Assembly (NCBI GenBank): GCA_964016885.1
Contig: OZ024740.1
Span: 61,566,018 to 61,630,000 of the forward strand
DNA length: 63,983 nt
Reading direction: 5' to 3'
Origin: Eledone cirrhosa
Taxonomy: Eukaryota
The notes below the pieces were generated by a model, which made no database searches, was not told the DNA's origin, and saw only the letters and a program-made list of their open reading frames with translations. The position numbers and the translations under genes were made by a program. Shown in pieces: positions 35,009-49,107 of the stretch (position 1 is the first letter of the stretch; every line of letters starts with the position of its first letter).

Positions 35009-38000
35009 ATTGTGGGTAAAAAAAGATGCTATAAGCTTTTGTGGGTGGGAAATGACAATGGGTTGGGTGGAGTAGGAATCATGCTAGCAGAAAAATGGGT
35101 AGATAAGATAATAGACGTAAATAGAGTGAACGAGAGAATAATTAAAATAAGACTTGTCCTCAATAGAACTACTGTGACAATAATATCTGTGTATGCACCC
35201 CAACCCGGACTGCCTGGCATTATAAAAGACAGATTCTATGAGTCGTTAATGCTCATTACCTCCCAAATAACCGACAGTGACTACATAATTATTGCTGGCG
35301 ACCTAAATGGTCATGTTGGACAACATTGTGACGGCTATGACGGAATCCATGGAGGCTATTGGTTTGGTACTAGAAATGAGGAAGGCTCCAGAATCCTGGA
35401 ATTCTGTGACGCAAATAATCTAACTATCTGTAACACAAACTTCAAAAAACGAGACAATCACTTGATCACCTATAGATCAGGGGAACACACCAGTCAGATA
35501 GATTATATCCTTACCAGAAGACGAGACAGAGTGTCTGTTGTAAACACTAAATCCCTCCCCCATAAAGAATGCACCTCCCAACATAGCCTCATAGTTTAGC
35601 GACCTCATAGTCAGGACGAGATGTATTCGACAACAGAGGAGGACTATCCTTAGGAGAAAAATATGGAATTTAAAGGACCCCACAGACAGTAATAAATTTA
35701 AAAGCATATTACTTGATGCTTTTGACAGTAAGGAAGAGCAATTAGAGTCGTACAATATAGAGGAACAGTGGGAATTCCTGAAAGCTAACCTGCTGAAGGC
35801 GACAGATGAAATCTGTGGCTGGAGCAGACCTATAGGCAGGAGGAGAGTAACTTGGTGGTGGAACAGTAAGGTGGAGGAGTCGATCAAGGCCAAAAAGCAG
35901 GGTTGGAAAGTATGGCGGGATGGGGGAAGTAGAGAAGACTATCAAGTGGCCAGGAGGGAAGCTAGGAGACAAGTGTACTTCGCAAGAAGGGAAGCAGAGG
36001 AAAGAAAGTTCAAGCATGTTCTACAACGCGAGGACCCAAAACGTGAGGTGTTCAGGATTGCTAGACAATGTGTCAAGGAGAACCGTGATATTGTTGGGGA
36101 GAAGTGTGTCCTTAATGATGATGATGTACTTGCCATCACTGACTCTGATAAGAAGGTGGCTTGGAAGTGTCACTACGAAAGGCTACTAAATGAGGAGAAT
36201 AAATGGGAGAAAGACAGCCTCCCCCACATCGATCCAATAGAGGGACCATCAGTGCAAGTTGAAGGTAGTATAATAAGTAAGGCAATCAAAGATATGAAGA
36301 CGGGTAAGGCGGCTGGGCCTTTGGAAATAGTTGCTGAAATGCTGAAAGCATCTGGAATGGTGGGACACACTATGGTCACCCGGATAGTAAACCAAGTTAT
36401 ACAGAATGGGGTCGTACCAAAGGACTGGCGTAGCAGCAGCATCATTAACTGCTACAAGAGTAAAGGAGACGCCCTAGATAGGGGAAACTATAGAAGCATT
36501 AAATTAATTGAGCAGGTCATGAAGGTCACAGAAAAAGTAATAGCGCAACTAGTCAGAGAGCGAATTAATCTAGATGAAATGCAGTTCGGGTTTGTGTCAG
36601 GTAAAAATACCACAGACGCTCTTTTCCTTGTACGACAACTACAGGAGAAGTACCTAGCTAAAAGTAAACCCCTCTACTTAGTTTTTGTAGACTTGGAGAA
36701 AGTCTTTGACAGAGTCTCCCGCTCCATTATCTGGTGGGCTCTTAGAAAACTAGGTGTTGATGAATGGCTCGTGAGAACTATCCAAGCCATGTATAAAGAA
36801 ACAGTCAGCAAGGTTAGAATTAACAATGAATATAGTGAAGAGTTTAGCGTAAAAGTTGGTGTTCATCAGGGCTCCGTCCTTAGCCCCCTCCTATTTATTA
36901 TCACCCTCCAAGCTATAACGGAGGAGTTCAAGACCGGCTGCCCATGGGAACTTCTATACGCAGATGATCTAACGCTCATAGCCGAATCAATGGCTGAACT
37001 AGAGAAGAAATTCCAAACATGGAAGCAAAAGGCCTTAAAGTTAACTTGTCTAAGACTAAAGTCCTAATATGTAGGAAGGAGAATAGGGCACTGGTCCCAT
37101 CTGGGAAATGACCATGCTCAGTGTGTAGGAAAGGAGTAGGCAGAAATTCCATTTTATGTCCCAAATGCAAAGTATGGGTGCATAAAAGATGTAGTAGGAT
37201 CACAGGTAAGCTAACTAAGAACATAGATTTTATATGTGGCCGGTGCTCAGGTGCAATAAGTAGCAGCAAATGCCCACAGAATACTAGCTCATTCCATTAC
37301 CCAGATGGTTCTATAGAAATAGTGGACACCTTCCATTACCTGGGTGACAAAATCAGCAGTGGTGGAGGGTGCTCTGAAAGTACTGTAGCTAGAGTCCGAA
37401 CGGGATGGAAAAAGTTCAGAGAGCTTATACCACTATTGGCCGCTAAAGGTTTCTCTCTAAAAATAAAAGACAGGCTGTATGATGCCTGCATACGAACAGC
37501 GATGTTACATGGCAGTGAGACATAGGCCTTGTGTGCAGAGGACCTACGCAGACTGGAGAGGAACGAAGCTTGCATACTCCATTGGATGTGTAATAGTAAT
37601 ATACGCGAACGGCAAAGCATAAATGAACTAAGTGAGAAATTAGGAATAAGAGGGATCAGATGCTGTTTACTCGAGAGAAGACTACGTTGGTATGGTCACG
37701 TGATGCGCATGAAAGATGACAGCTGTATAAAAAAGTGCAGGGCGATCAAAATAGACGGTAGCTACGGAGTAGGCAGACCGAGAAAAACCTGGGACGACTT
37801 GATAAAATCCAACCTCACACACTTACACCTCTCCAAGACAATGTGACTGGACCGAGATCTTTGGCGCTACGTAGTAATACAGAAGACCCGCCTTGCCTAA
37901 GTACAACCCTACCCCCACCGCCATCTACACCACCCCTTTCAATGTAAAGCTATGTTGGTACCACAACATCCAATCCTAAATAAATAAGGTCGTGTAGGTG

Positions 38001-38229
38001 TCACGACAAAAAAACACACAGTCCATGCTGTAATGTGGCCGTGTAGGTAACACGGTAAAAACCTCCCAGTCGACACTGTAAACGTGGTTGGTGTTAGGAA
38101 GGGCATCCAGCCGTAGAAAACCCGCCAGACAGTCCTGAGCAAGACAACCACTCTTGCCTCAAGTGGGACAATTCCCGTCCAGACCCATGCTAGCGTGGAA
38201 AATGGACATTAAACGATGATGATGATGAT
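35009..38229 (+). mobile_element. 5'-truncated RTE-clade LINE of a second subfamily, disrupted
   Basis: APE (34997-35599), RT with LLYADD (35871-37067), complete C4HC3 PHD finger, GRPRKTW, (GAT)n tail; several stops and frameshifts. Confidence 0.93.
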
Positions 38230-38766
38230 ATATATATATATATATATATATAAACATACATATATACATACCTATAAACATACATTATATATGCAGGCAT
38301 TTCAGACAAAATACCTTGCAGCATCTGTTTTGCCTCTTTATACTCTGAGTTCAAATCCTACTGAGGGCATTTTTGTCTCTAATCATTTTTGGCTTGGTTA
38401 AATATAGTACGATTTCAAGGCAGTGGATTGGTGGAATTGTTAGAGTGTCAGATGAGATGGTTTGTGGTATTTGAATGTATGACAGAAAACACTAAAATAT
38501 AAGTTAAGAGGAACATGAGAAAAAGTACTTAGTACATGTAGGGAAATTTAAATATTTATTTAACTGACTTGAATAAAATATGTATGTATGTCAAGTTGCT
38601 TATGGCTACTACTGGTAGCATGTACAACCTATTGTACAGTCAGATCATTGGTGACTAAAGAGGTTACCTGAATCCATTAAATGATTATTTAGCAATAGCA
38701 CACGACCAAGTGTTGTCTGATATGCAGTGGAACTTCATAAAGGAAAGTATAGTGGAATTCAGTGTA

Positions 38767-39035
38767 TTAATCGTTCCATTATCGTATTTCTAATGAAATA
38801 CTCAGTCTATGATTTTCAAACAACTTTGAAAATAATCAAGAATTTTGAGTGATTTAGTAATAAAACTAACTTTCTCATCATTAAACTAATATTTGGAGCA
38901 TAATTTAACAAAGGTTATTACATAAAATTATGATGGAAGGTTTTTAGATAAATAAATATAAACAGTTTAAAATAAACAGCTTAGTATTGTAGAACTAGGG
39001 GCCAGTTCCAGTCTGTTTGAAATTAAAAAGAGTTA
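38767..39035 (+). mobile_element. Old piggyBac-like MITE (family P2; relatives at ~24981, 41675, 51500, 61250, 61690)
   Basis: TTAA-bounded; shared internal motif TTTCTAATGAAATA...TTTGAAAATAAT...TCATTATTAA. Confidence 0.55.
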
Positions 39036-40540
39036 AGAGACATCATTATCCCTGGTTGGAAGCCTAATCTGTGTGCAACAAAAGGAAATCTATTGAAAAC
39101 AACCAAGGATTAGGCGGTGTAGTTGAACTAGGAAGATTGTTAACTCGGCCTTCCCCAATAAAATAATATTAGACATGATTTTACCATTTTATCAGTACTA
39201 GAGACTGTCATATATTGAACCTCCTCAACCCTGGACCGTTAAAAGCTTTAGAGTTAGTAATTTGAAGATATACTGAGCATTCTATGATTTTCTAATGAAC
39301 AAGGGAACCTCTAGTTGGTCAAATCTTCCTCAAATCACATTCAGGAAGAATATATAGGATAATTTAATCCTAGAAACATTACATTTGAAAATAAGTTGGG
39401 TTGATTATGGCTAGAATGCCTTTAATCATAGGTTTTTAAAACAGAACCAAACTGGTGTTAAACGTCAACGACAGCAACAATTTCTGATAAAATTGTGTAA
39501 AGCCTGTGACAGCACTAATCTCTTGCTAAATGTGACTCTGATATAGTGGAGTATAGTCTGGAGTAATTTTCCTGTTTCCTTCTTGCAGTTAGCAGGAAGC
39601 TTAAGAGTTTCATTCTTTTCTTGGTCATTAGCAGCATAAAGGAAGTGGAATATCTTCATCTGGTAATCAAACCTAGGTTACACACTTGGCTTGCTACTTA
39701 TGATGCTCATCACAAATTTATGTGAGCCTTTACATGGTCACTTGATCTACTAGAAATAACAGCTAAATTGCCTTGAATTATATTCAATTGCCTGAAAAAT
39801 GGAATGATATATTCTGTAAAATCGAAAGACACATAATGTAGTTTTCAATGGGATTTGGTGAATTCATGTACAATTCATCTACACCAACTCATCTAGAGCA
39901 ATTCATCTACAAATGAGTTAGTTAGGTTCTGTTTCTTGTAGAGAAAATTTTGGTTTTCCTCTTCCAGAGCTTCCTTCACTTGGAACTCAGCACTTCTTTA
40001 CCTAATTGACATCATTTATGCACATTACATATCTGTAACAGTACAGTCTTCGCTCTCGCACTTAACATTTAATTCCTATTATACTCTCATCTGTATTTAA
40101 TAATTCATGCACACTAATATTACATATCCAGCTGAGCATGCTCATTTTGTTTGTTTTGAGCTCTCTCTCATCCTCCACATTCAATACCTATGTCTTGCTA
40201 TATGTGATATTGCACTATATACACAAGCACCATACAATCTACTAAGATAGAAAGGGTAAATATTGGTTTCCTTTTAGTGGTCACAAAAGGTCTTAATTTT
40301 TCAGTATAAAAGGGATATTAACTCACCTCATTTGATGTTGCTGGAAAATGTCAGTATGTATCCATCCATTCATCCTTCCTTCCTTCCATTTCTCATTCTA
40401 TTTTCTGATGAATGTTAAGATTTTTTGTACTATATTAAGAATGAAACTAATATATCTTCATCATTTATTGTTTTTTCCATTTATTGTCTGCTCACACACT
40501 CACACACACACACTTATATACATATATATTATATATTTAT

Positions 40541-40746
40541 TTATGTAATAAACAACACAATACAATTATTCCATTTACCAAAGGTTTCATGAAGACAGGT
40601 GACCTCAACAGAGGTGTCCGAAGTCGTTGATCAGAAAGGAAAATTTTCCTTTCTGATGAATGACTTTGGACACCTGTGTTAAGGTCACCTGTCTTTGTGA
40701 AACCTTTGGTAAATGGAATAATTGTATTCTGTTGTTTATTACATAA
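40541..40746. repeat. Spacerless 103+103-bp palindrome, each arm carrying a type I hammerhead-like motif
   Basis: Centre GGAAAA|TTTTCC at 40643/40644; CTGATGA (40653) ... GAAACCTTTGGTA (40699-40711) ... AATGGAA. Confidence 0.8.
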
Positions 40747-40829
40747 TCAAATAGCTCTGTACTATAGATAGAGCACTCTTCCTTCCTTTACCTTTTCTAT
40801 GGAAATACTTCATATATATATTATATATT

Positions 40830-41095
40830 ATCATCATCATCGTCATCATCATTTTACGTCCACTTTTCCTGCTTGCAGGGGTAGGACAGGAACTGATTCT
40901 GGCTTGATTTCTACAGCTGGATGCCCTTCCTAACACCAACCTCATTTGCAGTGAGTGCTGGGTGCTTTTTTTCTGTGGCGCTACACATCCACTTCACAGT
41001 GTGGGCTGGGTGCTTTTTTGCCGTGGCACCTTGATGACCACTTTGCAGTGGAATGATAGGGACCCCAGTCCTATCATCTCATTTCTACAGCTGAG
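40830..41095 (-). mobile_element. 5'-truncated copy of the RTE-tailed SINE
   Basis: Reverse complement of about 22665-22925. Confidence 0.85.
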
Positions 41096-41369
41096 AAATA
41101 TGTATATTATAAATTAAATATATATATATAATACATACATGCGTAAAACCAGTTGTTCCGGCTAGACAGAACTCATCAGCCTTCTGTGGCAGTTTGTCTA
41201 GGAGAGGGGTCACATTAAATTTAAAACCAGGTTAGCTGGGGCTCCTTAGTCATAATTATGACAATCCATCTGTATGTGGGAACTCAGAAATCTTTCTAGA
41301 TGTTGTAAGGACATGCAAACCAGTAAAAAAAAAAAGGATAAAAGAAACAGTTTTTCATGCAGGTAGTTT

Positions 41370-41632
41370 GTTCTATGCTGAAGCATGGAACAAACTACCT
41401 GCATCAGTTGTTAGCTGTCGAGACACTGCATTCTTCAAAACTTCTATGCTTCCTGAAATTCGCTAAAACTACACCTGATATTCCCCGTCTATAACCACGC
41501 ATGCATTGTGTGTCTGTGTGCATATAATGACTAATACACTGTTCATTTTCCTGACATTTGTACATTATTCTATATATTATACATGCACACTTGATGAGTT
41601 GTAGTGCACCTGAGCACTGTATACAATAATTT
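41370..41632 (+). mobile_element. CR1-like LINE 3'-end fragment
   Basis: Translates to AEAWNKLPASVVSCRDTAFFK, the WNxLPxxVV C-terminal motif of CR1/L2 ORF2, followed by a 3' UTR. Confidence 0.65.
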
Positions 41633-41800
41633 TCATAATGTATATATTTATTAGAATAACTGTAATGAAAGAGTTAAACCTTATGTTATATTTCTAATGA
41701 AATACACCATCTATGTTTTTCAATTAACTCAATATATTTTGAAGGAATTTAACAAAATAATTTGCTACATTATTAAGCTGGTCCGTAGTATATAGCTTAA

Positions 41801-42022
41801 CCCTTTAGCATGTAAACCGGCTGTATCCAGCCAGAATTTCCTCACTTCTTTCTGTTCAAACCCAGCTGTAACCAGCCACTCATACTGATGTTAAGGTATT
41901 GTTCTCAAAATAAATAATATCAAAATCTCATAGATTCGATATTATGTGAGATAATTATGTGAGGTAAAGCCTTTACCATGTAAATATAATAGTAAATATA
42001 GAGTAATGTAAATGCTAAAGGG
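41801..42022 (+). mobile_element. piggyBac-like MITE (family P1)
   Basis: TTAA-CCCTTTAGCAT...ATGCTAAAGGG-TTAC. Confidence 0.8.
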
Positions 42023-45000
42023 TTACCAAAAATATTTCCCCTTAACATTATTTTTTATTTAAATATGAGTACTTTAAAATGAGGTTTGTCATGATCAGGG
42101 CCTCCAAGAGAAATTTTGGAAGGCTTACAAGATCCCTTTGTGGCTTGAAGCAGGCAAAGATTTTTCTTAAAATGGATGTTGCATGGTTGCTGTGGAGCCT
42201 TCTTAGCACTTGGGCCCTGCGGATCAAAGTACCGACTGGAGCCCTCTCTCATAGACCTTGGTCATGATTGAATTATGGCAGTTTTAGACAGTTTCATATG
42301 AAACAGGTTAATATTCTTGTTTATCAGAATTCTAGCCACTTACCAGCCACAGTATTCAAGTCAAACTGTTTCATTGTTATTTTCTTATTATCTAAGTTTC
42401 CATTGATACCTAAACTTTAGCATCTATAATCATGATATCTTGTTGTTGTCTCATTGTTAATCCCTTCATTTTTTTTAATGTATTCTTTTCAAATGTCTTC
42501 TTTCTTTCACTTTATGCTCTCTCTCTCTCTCTCTCTGTTTTCTTTATTTTCTTCTCTCATACAATTTCTCTCCTCTCTCTTTATTTTTTCTAGGTTTTTC
42601 TCTCTATCATCTCTGTCTCTCTTCCTCCCTCATTTTCTTTCTTTCTCTCTCTTTCTAACTGCATTTTCTTCTCTTTTTCCTTTTTTAGATTTCTCTCTCT
42701 CTCTCTTTGTTTTTCTCTCTATTGTGTTTTTTTTCTGTCTTTTTGCCTGTCTGTCTATCTATTTGTATGTCTGGTTGTCTGTCTATCTGTCCCTCTCTCT
42801 CCCCTTCGCTACCTCCTACTCCCCCTCTCTCTATTCTGTTCATTCAATTTAAGTTCTAACTTCCGTTTGGAGTACTCCAAAAAGTTTTCAGTCTATTTCC
42901 TTACTTTTCATACACTGGAGCATATTGATCTACCACTATCTATTTATTTACTTATTTATCTATTTATTTATTTAGTTATTCTTTTATCTTTTTAATTATT
43001 ACATTTATTCATTCCTTTATTTTATTTATCTATTATTTATTCATTTTATTTATACATTTATTGTCTTCTAAATCTTCTTTCTGCAATTTGTCACTAGTAT
43101 TTTCACTTCTTTTGAAATTTCGAAAATCTCAAAAGCTGGTTGATATTTTTTTGGGCTTGCATTTTTCTTTAAATTCTTATTTTAAAAATAAAATCTAGTC
43201 ATGCTTTGATATAATAAATTCTGTGGATTCTGTGGTTTGTTACACTATTATTGATTAAAAAAAAAACAATTGCTATTGTTCACTAAAGTTATTAACTCTG
43301 TAGTGGTAATGCTGTTGTTGGTAGTGGTGGGGAAATATAAGAACCAAACTGAGATCTCTTACAGAAAACTGAATATTTGTTTTTTTCTTCTTCAGAAGAT
43401 GTGCATTTCCTGAAAATACTTGCTCTCTAAGAACGAAAGTGTATGTCTATTTGTCTATTTGTGCAGATCTATGACTTATTTGTACATTTTTCAATCCTAT
43501 ATGTTCTAGATCTGGTATATTGGCATTTAATCCATTATATTTGCCTTTCATCCTTACGGGGTCGATAAAATAAAGTACCAGTAATGCACTGGTTAATTGC
43601 TGGCCTTGTGCCTAACGTAGAAACAATTATATTCATTGTTGTTGTTGTTCTTGCTTCTTAATTACTTAATGCTTTTGAAGGTCCTGGTTTCATGTGGGAT
43701 TAAGCAACTGAGAGTGTTAGACTCCCTCTTGAATAATTTACCATTCCATCACAAAGTCAACCCCCCCCCCCCTCTGCTACTGCTGTTGCTATTCATATTC
43801 AGCTGAGTGGATTTGAGCAAATATTGGGAAGATAGTCTAGGTTGAAAACCTAGCTACTAGACTACTCAGGATATTATTTAGATAAGTTTAAGACTAGATT
43901 TGCTGAGAAATCATCATATTTTATTATCATTTTTTTACATCTACCTTTCTATAGTTTTTAATTAGTTAGACAATTTTGAGGCAGTATTTTACAGCTCGAT
44001 ATCCTTTCAGATACCAACTATTTTAGTTGCCCCTTACAACATGCAGGGATACAGTGTACCTATTCTAAAAACCCAAATATATTGTAAAGAAATCAAAGCT
44101 AAAACAATCATTTGTTGCTTAGTCAGCACAAAGTCTTAGATGATGTGGCTATGTTGAAAGAGTACTAGCTGATGAAGATAATGATGATTGTGTTGTTGTT
44201 TAGACTTATGTTGAACAGACTTATGATCAAATTTATTTCATCTGTGACAGTCTTATCTCTTTTTGTATGCATAGGCACTCAGTGCACTCTTTAAAGTGGT
44301 TGGTGATAGGAAGGGTATCCAGTTGTAGAAAACTTGCCAAAGAAAGGGTTGGGAGGATCTTTTAGTTAACCTTTCTAGTGTTGGTGTTTTACATAACAAA
44401 CACACCCAGGACACTATGTAAAGTGGTTCATGATAGGGAGGGCATCCAGTCGTAAAAAAAACTTACTAAACAAAGGGTTGGGAGGATTCTTCAGTAATGT
44501 CAAAAACATGACAACCTCCCTAGTGCTGGTGTCATGACAAAATAAAATTTGTAGTGTGCAGGAATATATGTACACAAGTCGCAGGCTGTCAGGTCATCTG
44601 AGCACTCTGCTTTGAGTACCAACTCAGTCTGCTAATGACCCATCCAACCCTTGCTAGCAAGGAAACTGAATTTTAATCAATGAGGCAGTGAATTGGATTA
44701 GATGTCTTGGGATATTTGTTCTGGAAATTTCAAATCTCGCCAAGATCAACTTTACCTATCATTCTTTCAGAATCAATAAAGTACCAGTCGAGGGTATTGT
44801 AGACAGAATTATTAGAGCATTGGACAGATGCCTTGTAGTATTTTTTTTGGTTCTTATCATTCTGAGTTCAAATCCTGCCTCTTGTCACCAGGAAAACAGT
44901 GGCATGATTGGACTAGGACATCTATCATTAAAACACCCAAGAAATCTCCTATGAGATGCAACTTATTGAAGGCTTGTTAAACATATGTAGGCATGAGACA

Positions 45001-45158
45001 TAACAACCAAAACAACATAGTAAACCCTACACTAGATTATTCAATGTGTTCTTCATTTTTGAAGAGGTAGGGTATGATCTGATGAAATTTTGGTGGCAAT
45101 TTCTAGAGTTTTCCTGTTTTGCTCAATAATGATGATGAGAAGAATTTGGATAAGGAAT

Positions 45159-45312
45159 AATAATTGTTTCTACTTTTGGCACAAGGCCACAATTATCCCA
45201 GTGCAGTACTGGTACTTTATTTTATCGATCCCGTAAGGATGAAAGGCAAAGTCAACCTCGGCGGGATTTGAACTCAGTTTGTAAAGGGACGACCCTCTAC
45301 CGATACTGCCAA
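45159..45312 (-). mobile_element. Internally deleted SINE (family B)
   Basis: Family head and body present. Confidence 0.8.
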
Positions 45313-45762
45313 ATGATGATGAAAACGTTAGCGTGTGCGCACTCACACACTCACACTCACTCACACACACTTATGCACGCACACACACACTCTCACACAT
45401 GCACACACATACACTCACACACGCCCACACACAAAAATACACACACACACACAATGAACAAGAATCTTTGATAAATAGTTTTAAATACATTACTTGGTTA
45501 TTCGGACAAAGAATAAATAAAATGATTTACAATCAGATGAAAAAATAAATAAACAATACTATAACAAATAAGAAAAAAATTAGAAATTTGAAGATAATGA
45601 AAGTTGGTAATCTAAATACATAAAAACTTTGGTTGTTTATTACCCCCATGTTGGTTCTTTCATCAGGTTAATTTTTATTGCTTTATCAAGTTCTAGCTTG
45701 TAATGGCATTTATCTAGCTTATTGTATAGCTGACCACTTCCCAGGCATGTATACACACAAAC

Positions 45763-45799
<37 letters not shown>

Positions 45800-46107
45800 T
45801 TACATATATATAGATACATACACACAAGAAGATAAACACATTCATGTGTGTCTGTGTGTCTGTGTGTATGTGTATATATATATATATTTAAAGAGAGAGA
45901 GCGGCTCATACATTTTATGTTTTTTAAATTTTTATCTATATTTTTATATTCTCTTATCTCTGTATATCTTGTTTTTTTTTGTTTCTCAACTGTAAGAAAT
46001 ACCAAATACTTCCCCTAGTCTGCCATGGCTTACTAGCTCTATTTAAATTGATTAAATAAATACATACATGCACTCATACAGATACAAACAAAACCATATA
46101 TACACAC

Positions 46108-47055
46108 TAGGGTGTTCCATTTTGTAAACTATCCACCAATCATTTCATGTCATTTACGCCCATATTCAAATTGATGAAATAATGAAGTATGCCGAATTAT
46201 AGGCCAATCGAGGTATTTAGAGGTTGCATACTGTCACATCTTTGTATTTATAGTGATCTTTTTAGACCTGGCCTGTGGTATATTGTCCTTCTGTTCAGTT
46301 TACTAGATCCAATTAGGAAACCACACTACAAAACAAAATGAAAATAAGCATGAAGAGTATGTTCTAAATATACAATAATATTGGGGTTAAATAGAGAAAC
46401 ATATTTTATGGATGAAATTTATTACCGGCAACAACTTTTTCTAGATCTGTCAACTCATGTGGTGTAAGCTAAATTTGTTCTTTGAACAGAACTATCTTGA
46501 TCATATATATGGCCTTAGCCATCCAATGAGTCTTGCGACCGAGAAGGAGAACTGGGGAGATGGCCTCCCACCGTAGTTTTCTTAGGGATGATCTCCAGAA
46601 AGCAGTACAGTCAGCAGATATATAACCATCTCCTCCCTCTTTTACTTACTAAAAATCTCCCATGAGTTTATCATCGTCCAGGATAATGAGACTTATCGAT
46701 GGAGTCTCAACATTTCTGGAACTTTTTGAACATTGGGATACAGGAACCAGATGGTGGGGAAAAGATCTTGAAGACTTTCTTCAAAACCAGTTCAAGAATT
46801 TGATAGAAGCAAGCCAAGAGGGATTTTTTCAGAGCGGCTTCAATTTTCATATTGGCTCCTTGGAGCATACCAATAATATTGGTGGTTGTGTAGATGGACA
46901 TACTAACTATTCTATTCTCAATTTTGAGTTGTTGAATTTTCTCCTTTTGAAAGTAGCTTCAGCAATTTATAATCCAGTTCCATCTCTTACAATCAGAACA
47001 CCTAAGAGTTTTCCTTTTCCTGTAATTAAATTCTTTCCTGAGGCATTTTAACTAC
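46108..47055 (-). pseudogene. Decayed hAT-superfamily (hATm-like) DNA transposon: one terminus plus transposase fragments
   Basis: Terminus TAGGGTG at 46108; minus-strand YTTTNIIG..GA..IE...LLAC..ILELVLKKVF (46707-46901) and HWMAKAIYMIKIVLF (about 46472-46540) resemble the DTTxxNTG/LACRHHILEL and ARWMAKAIY motifs. Family assignment is from memory. Confidence 0.6.
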
Positions 47056-47059
47056 ATGC

Positions 47060-47860
47060 CCATAGTATCAGAGCTGTGATCTCTCAATTCAGAGAAGTAG
47101 CAGCTCTATCTGGAGCGACTCTCTGATCGCCAAGCTACACACTCTATCGAGTAATGACCCTTTGTACTCGCGATTGTATTCTTTTGGTCATTACCCATAG
47201 GTAAGGGTTGGCACAAATACTAATTTGAAGATAGCGAGTTTAGCTTTTACACCTACCTCCCTTTTTCTGATTACCAAATGCTGAAGCTGGTGCATTATTG
47301 CACCAGTTCCTGCAATTTTTGCACTTAATTCAGCCTCCTGCCTTCCATCACTCATGAACATGGCCCTAAGATACTTGAACTTCTCCACCTACTTCAGTGG
47401 AACTCCATTCACATGTCGAGGGCACTATGCAAGCTTCCTTGAGAGGATGAGTGCCTCAGTTTTTGCAGCACTGATTTTCATTCCAGCCATGCAGCACTCG
47501 GCAGGAAACCTATGAAGTGAAGTCGAAGATCTCCTTCTGTCGAGTTAAGTAATACCATGTCATCTGCAAATTACTGTCAACTGATTTTACACCTGCCAGT
47601 TGTGATACCACTTCCAATCTGGCTGGGCATGTCAATCTTGTTCAAGAAAATAATGAACAGGAGAGGTGACAGTATGCACCCTTGGCAGAGTCTGACTCCC
47701 ACATTGAATGGCTTAGATTTAGCACAATTTATCTGAATACAAATACACGGGAATTCGTATAGAGACACCAGGGCAATAATAAGCTGACCATTGATCCTCT
47801 ATTTTTGCAGAACCTTCCACAGCAGGTTTCGAGGAATGCAGTCATATGAAATGGAGACTG
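47060..47860 (-). pseudogene. Expander/Rex3-like RTE LINE fragment
   Basis: EKFKYLRAMFMSDGRQEAELSAKI...AKLAIFKLVFVPTLTYG and GVRLCQGCILSPLLF. Confidence 0.8.
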
Positions 47861-48266
47861 CAATTATTTTTTGAACAGGCCTCTCTATATAAGGACTAAA
47901 TGCATCTCTTGTTATCCTCATGAAGGATAATGTGGTATGATTTCTTTTTCTTACCTCTCACCATATTGCAGTTTTGGTGGTCGTATGTACACCAGTCACC
48001 AATCTGGTACTTTTTGAAGCCCATGAAGACTGAGATTTTTTAGAGTCGGACTTTACTCACCTCGTCAGCTACATTACTAGGTTGTGAGTGTTTTGTTGGG
48101 AGCTGCAGGTGTCGCCCATTGCTCCATTTTCTTTAGTAGTTTACCGCTGTTGGTCCGGGGTTGCTTATTTGTCTGGCAGCTGCCCACTTATATCGCAACT
48201 AACCATCAGTTTGACTGAGAATGATAAAATTTAGATTTAGTAAAGGAGGGAGAGAAGTTATGCTAA

Positions 48267-48995
48267 TCATCATCATTAACACCATTTAACTTACATTTTT
48301 CCAGGCCAGCATGGGTTAGATGAGTTATCCCGTTGTGAGACAAGCTAGAACTGTTTCTATGGTTGGATGCCTGTCCTAAGGTCAATCACATTTATAGTGT
48401 GGACTGGGGGCTAGAGTAGGTGAGGATTGGAGAGGTACGTCTAGGGTGGGGCACTTAGTCGGTGAAGAGTTGGGTGTTAGGATCTGAGTGAAGGGTGGAG
48501 TTTTAGGACGTGGATGAAGAGTGAAGTGTTATGACGTGAGAGGTGTATGGAAGGTGGGATTGGTGCATACTAAAGACCACTAGATGTATGCTTCAACCCG
48601 TGCACATGAGAAGGTGGGTCTTCTACAGTTCTGCATAATGCCAGAGATAGCAATTCTGTGTCATCACCTTTGAGAGGCGCAATTGTGTGAGGTCAGTTTT
48701 TATCACCTTATCTTCAATCTTCCTAGGTCTTCCTCTTTTATATCTACCATCAACTTTGAGTGCCCTGCGCCTTTTTATCCAGCTGTCATCCTTCGTAAGC
48801 ATCACATGTCCATACCAATGCAATCTCCTCTCCTGCACACTACATCTGATCCCTCTTATACCCAGTTTTTCTCTCAGTTCATTTATGCTTTGCTGTTTAT
48901 GTATATTACTATTACACATCCATCGGAGCATGCAAGTTTCATCTTTTTCCGATCTTCATAGGTCCTCTACATGAGACCAGTGCCCAGGTCTCATT
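48267..48995 (-). mobile_element. RTE LINE 3' fragment
   Basis: MLRWMCNSNI...ERRLHWYGHV...GRPRK (48623-48931) plus family 3' UTR. Confidence 0.85.
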
Positions 48996-49107
48996 AATAA
49001 AAAGAGGCAAATTCCTTGGGAGCCAGGAGAGGAGGGTATTCTGCATCTCTCTCTCTCTCTCTTTCTCCCCCCCCCCTTTTTTTCACACTCTCACAATAGA
49101 GTATTAT

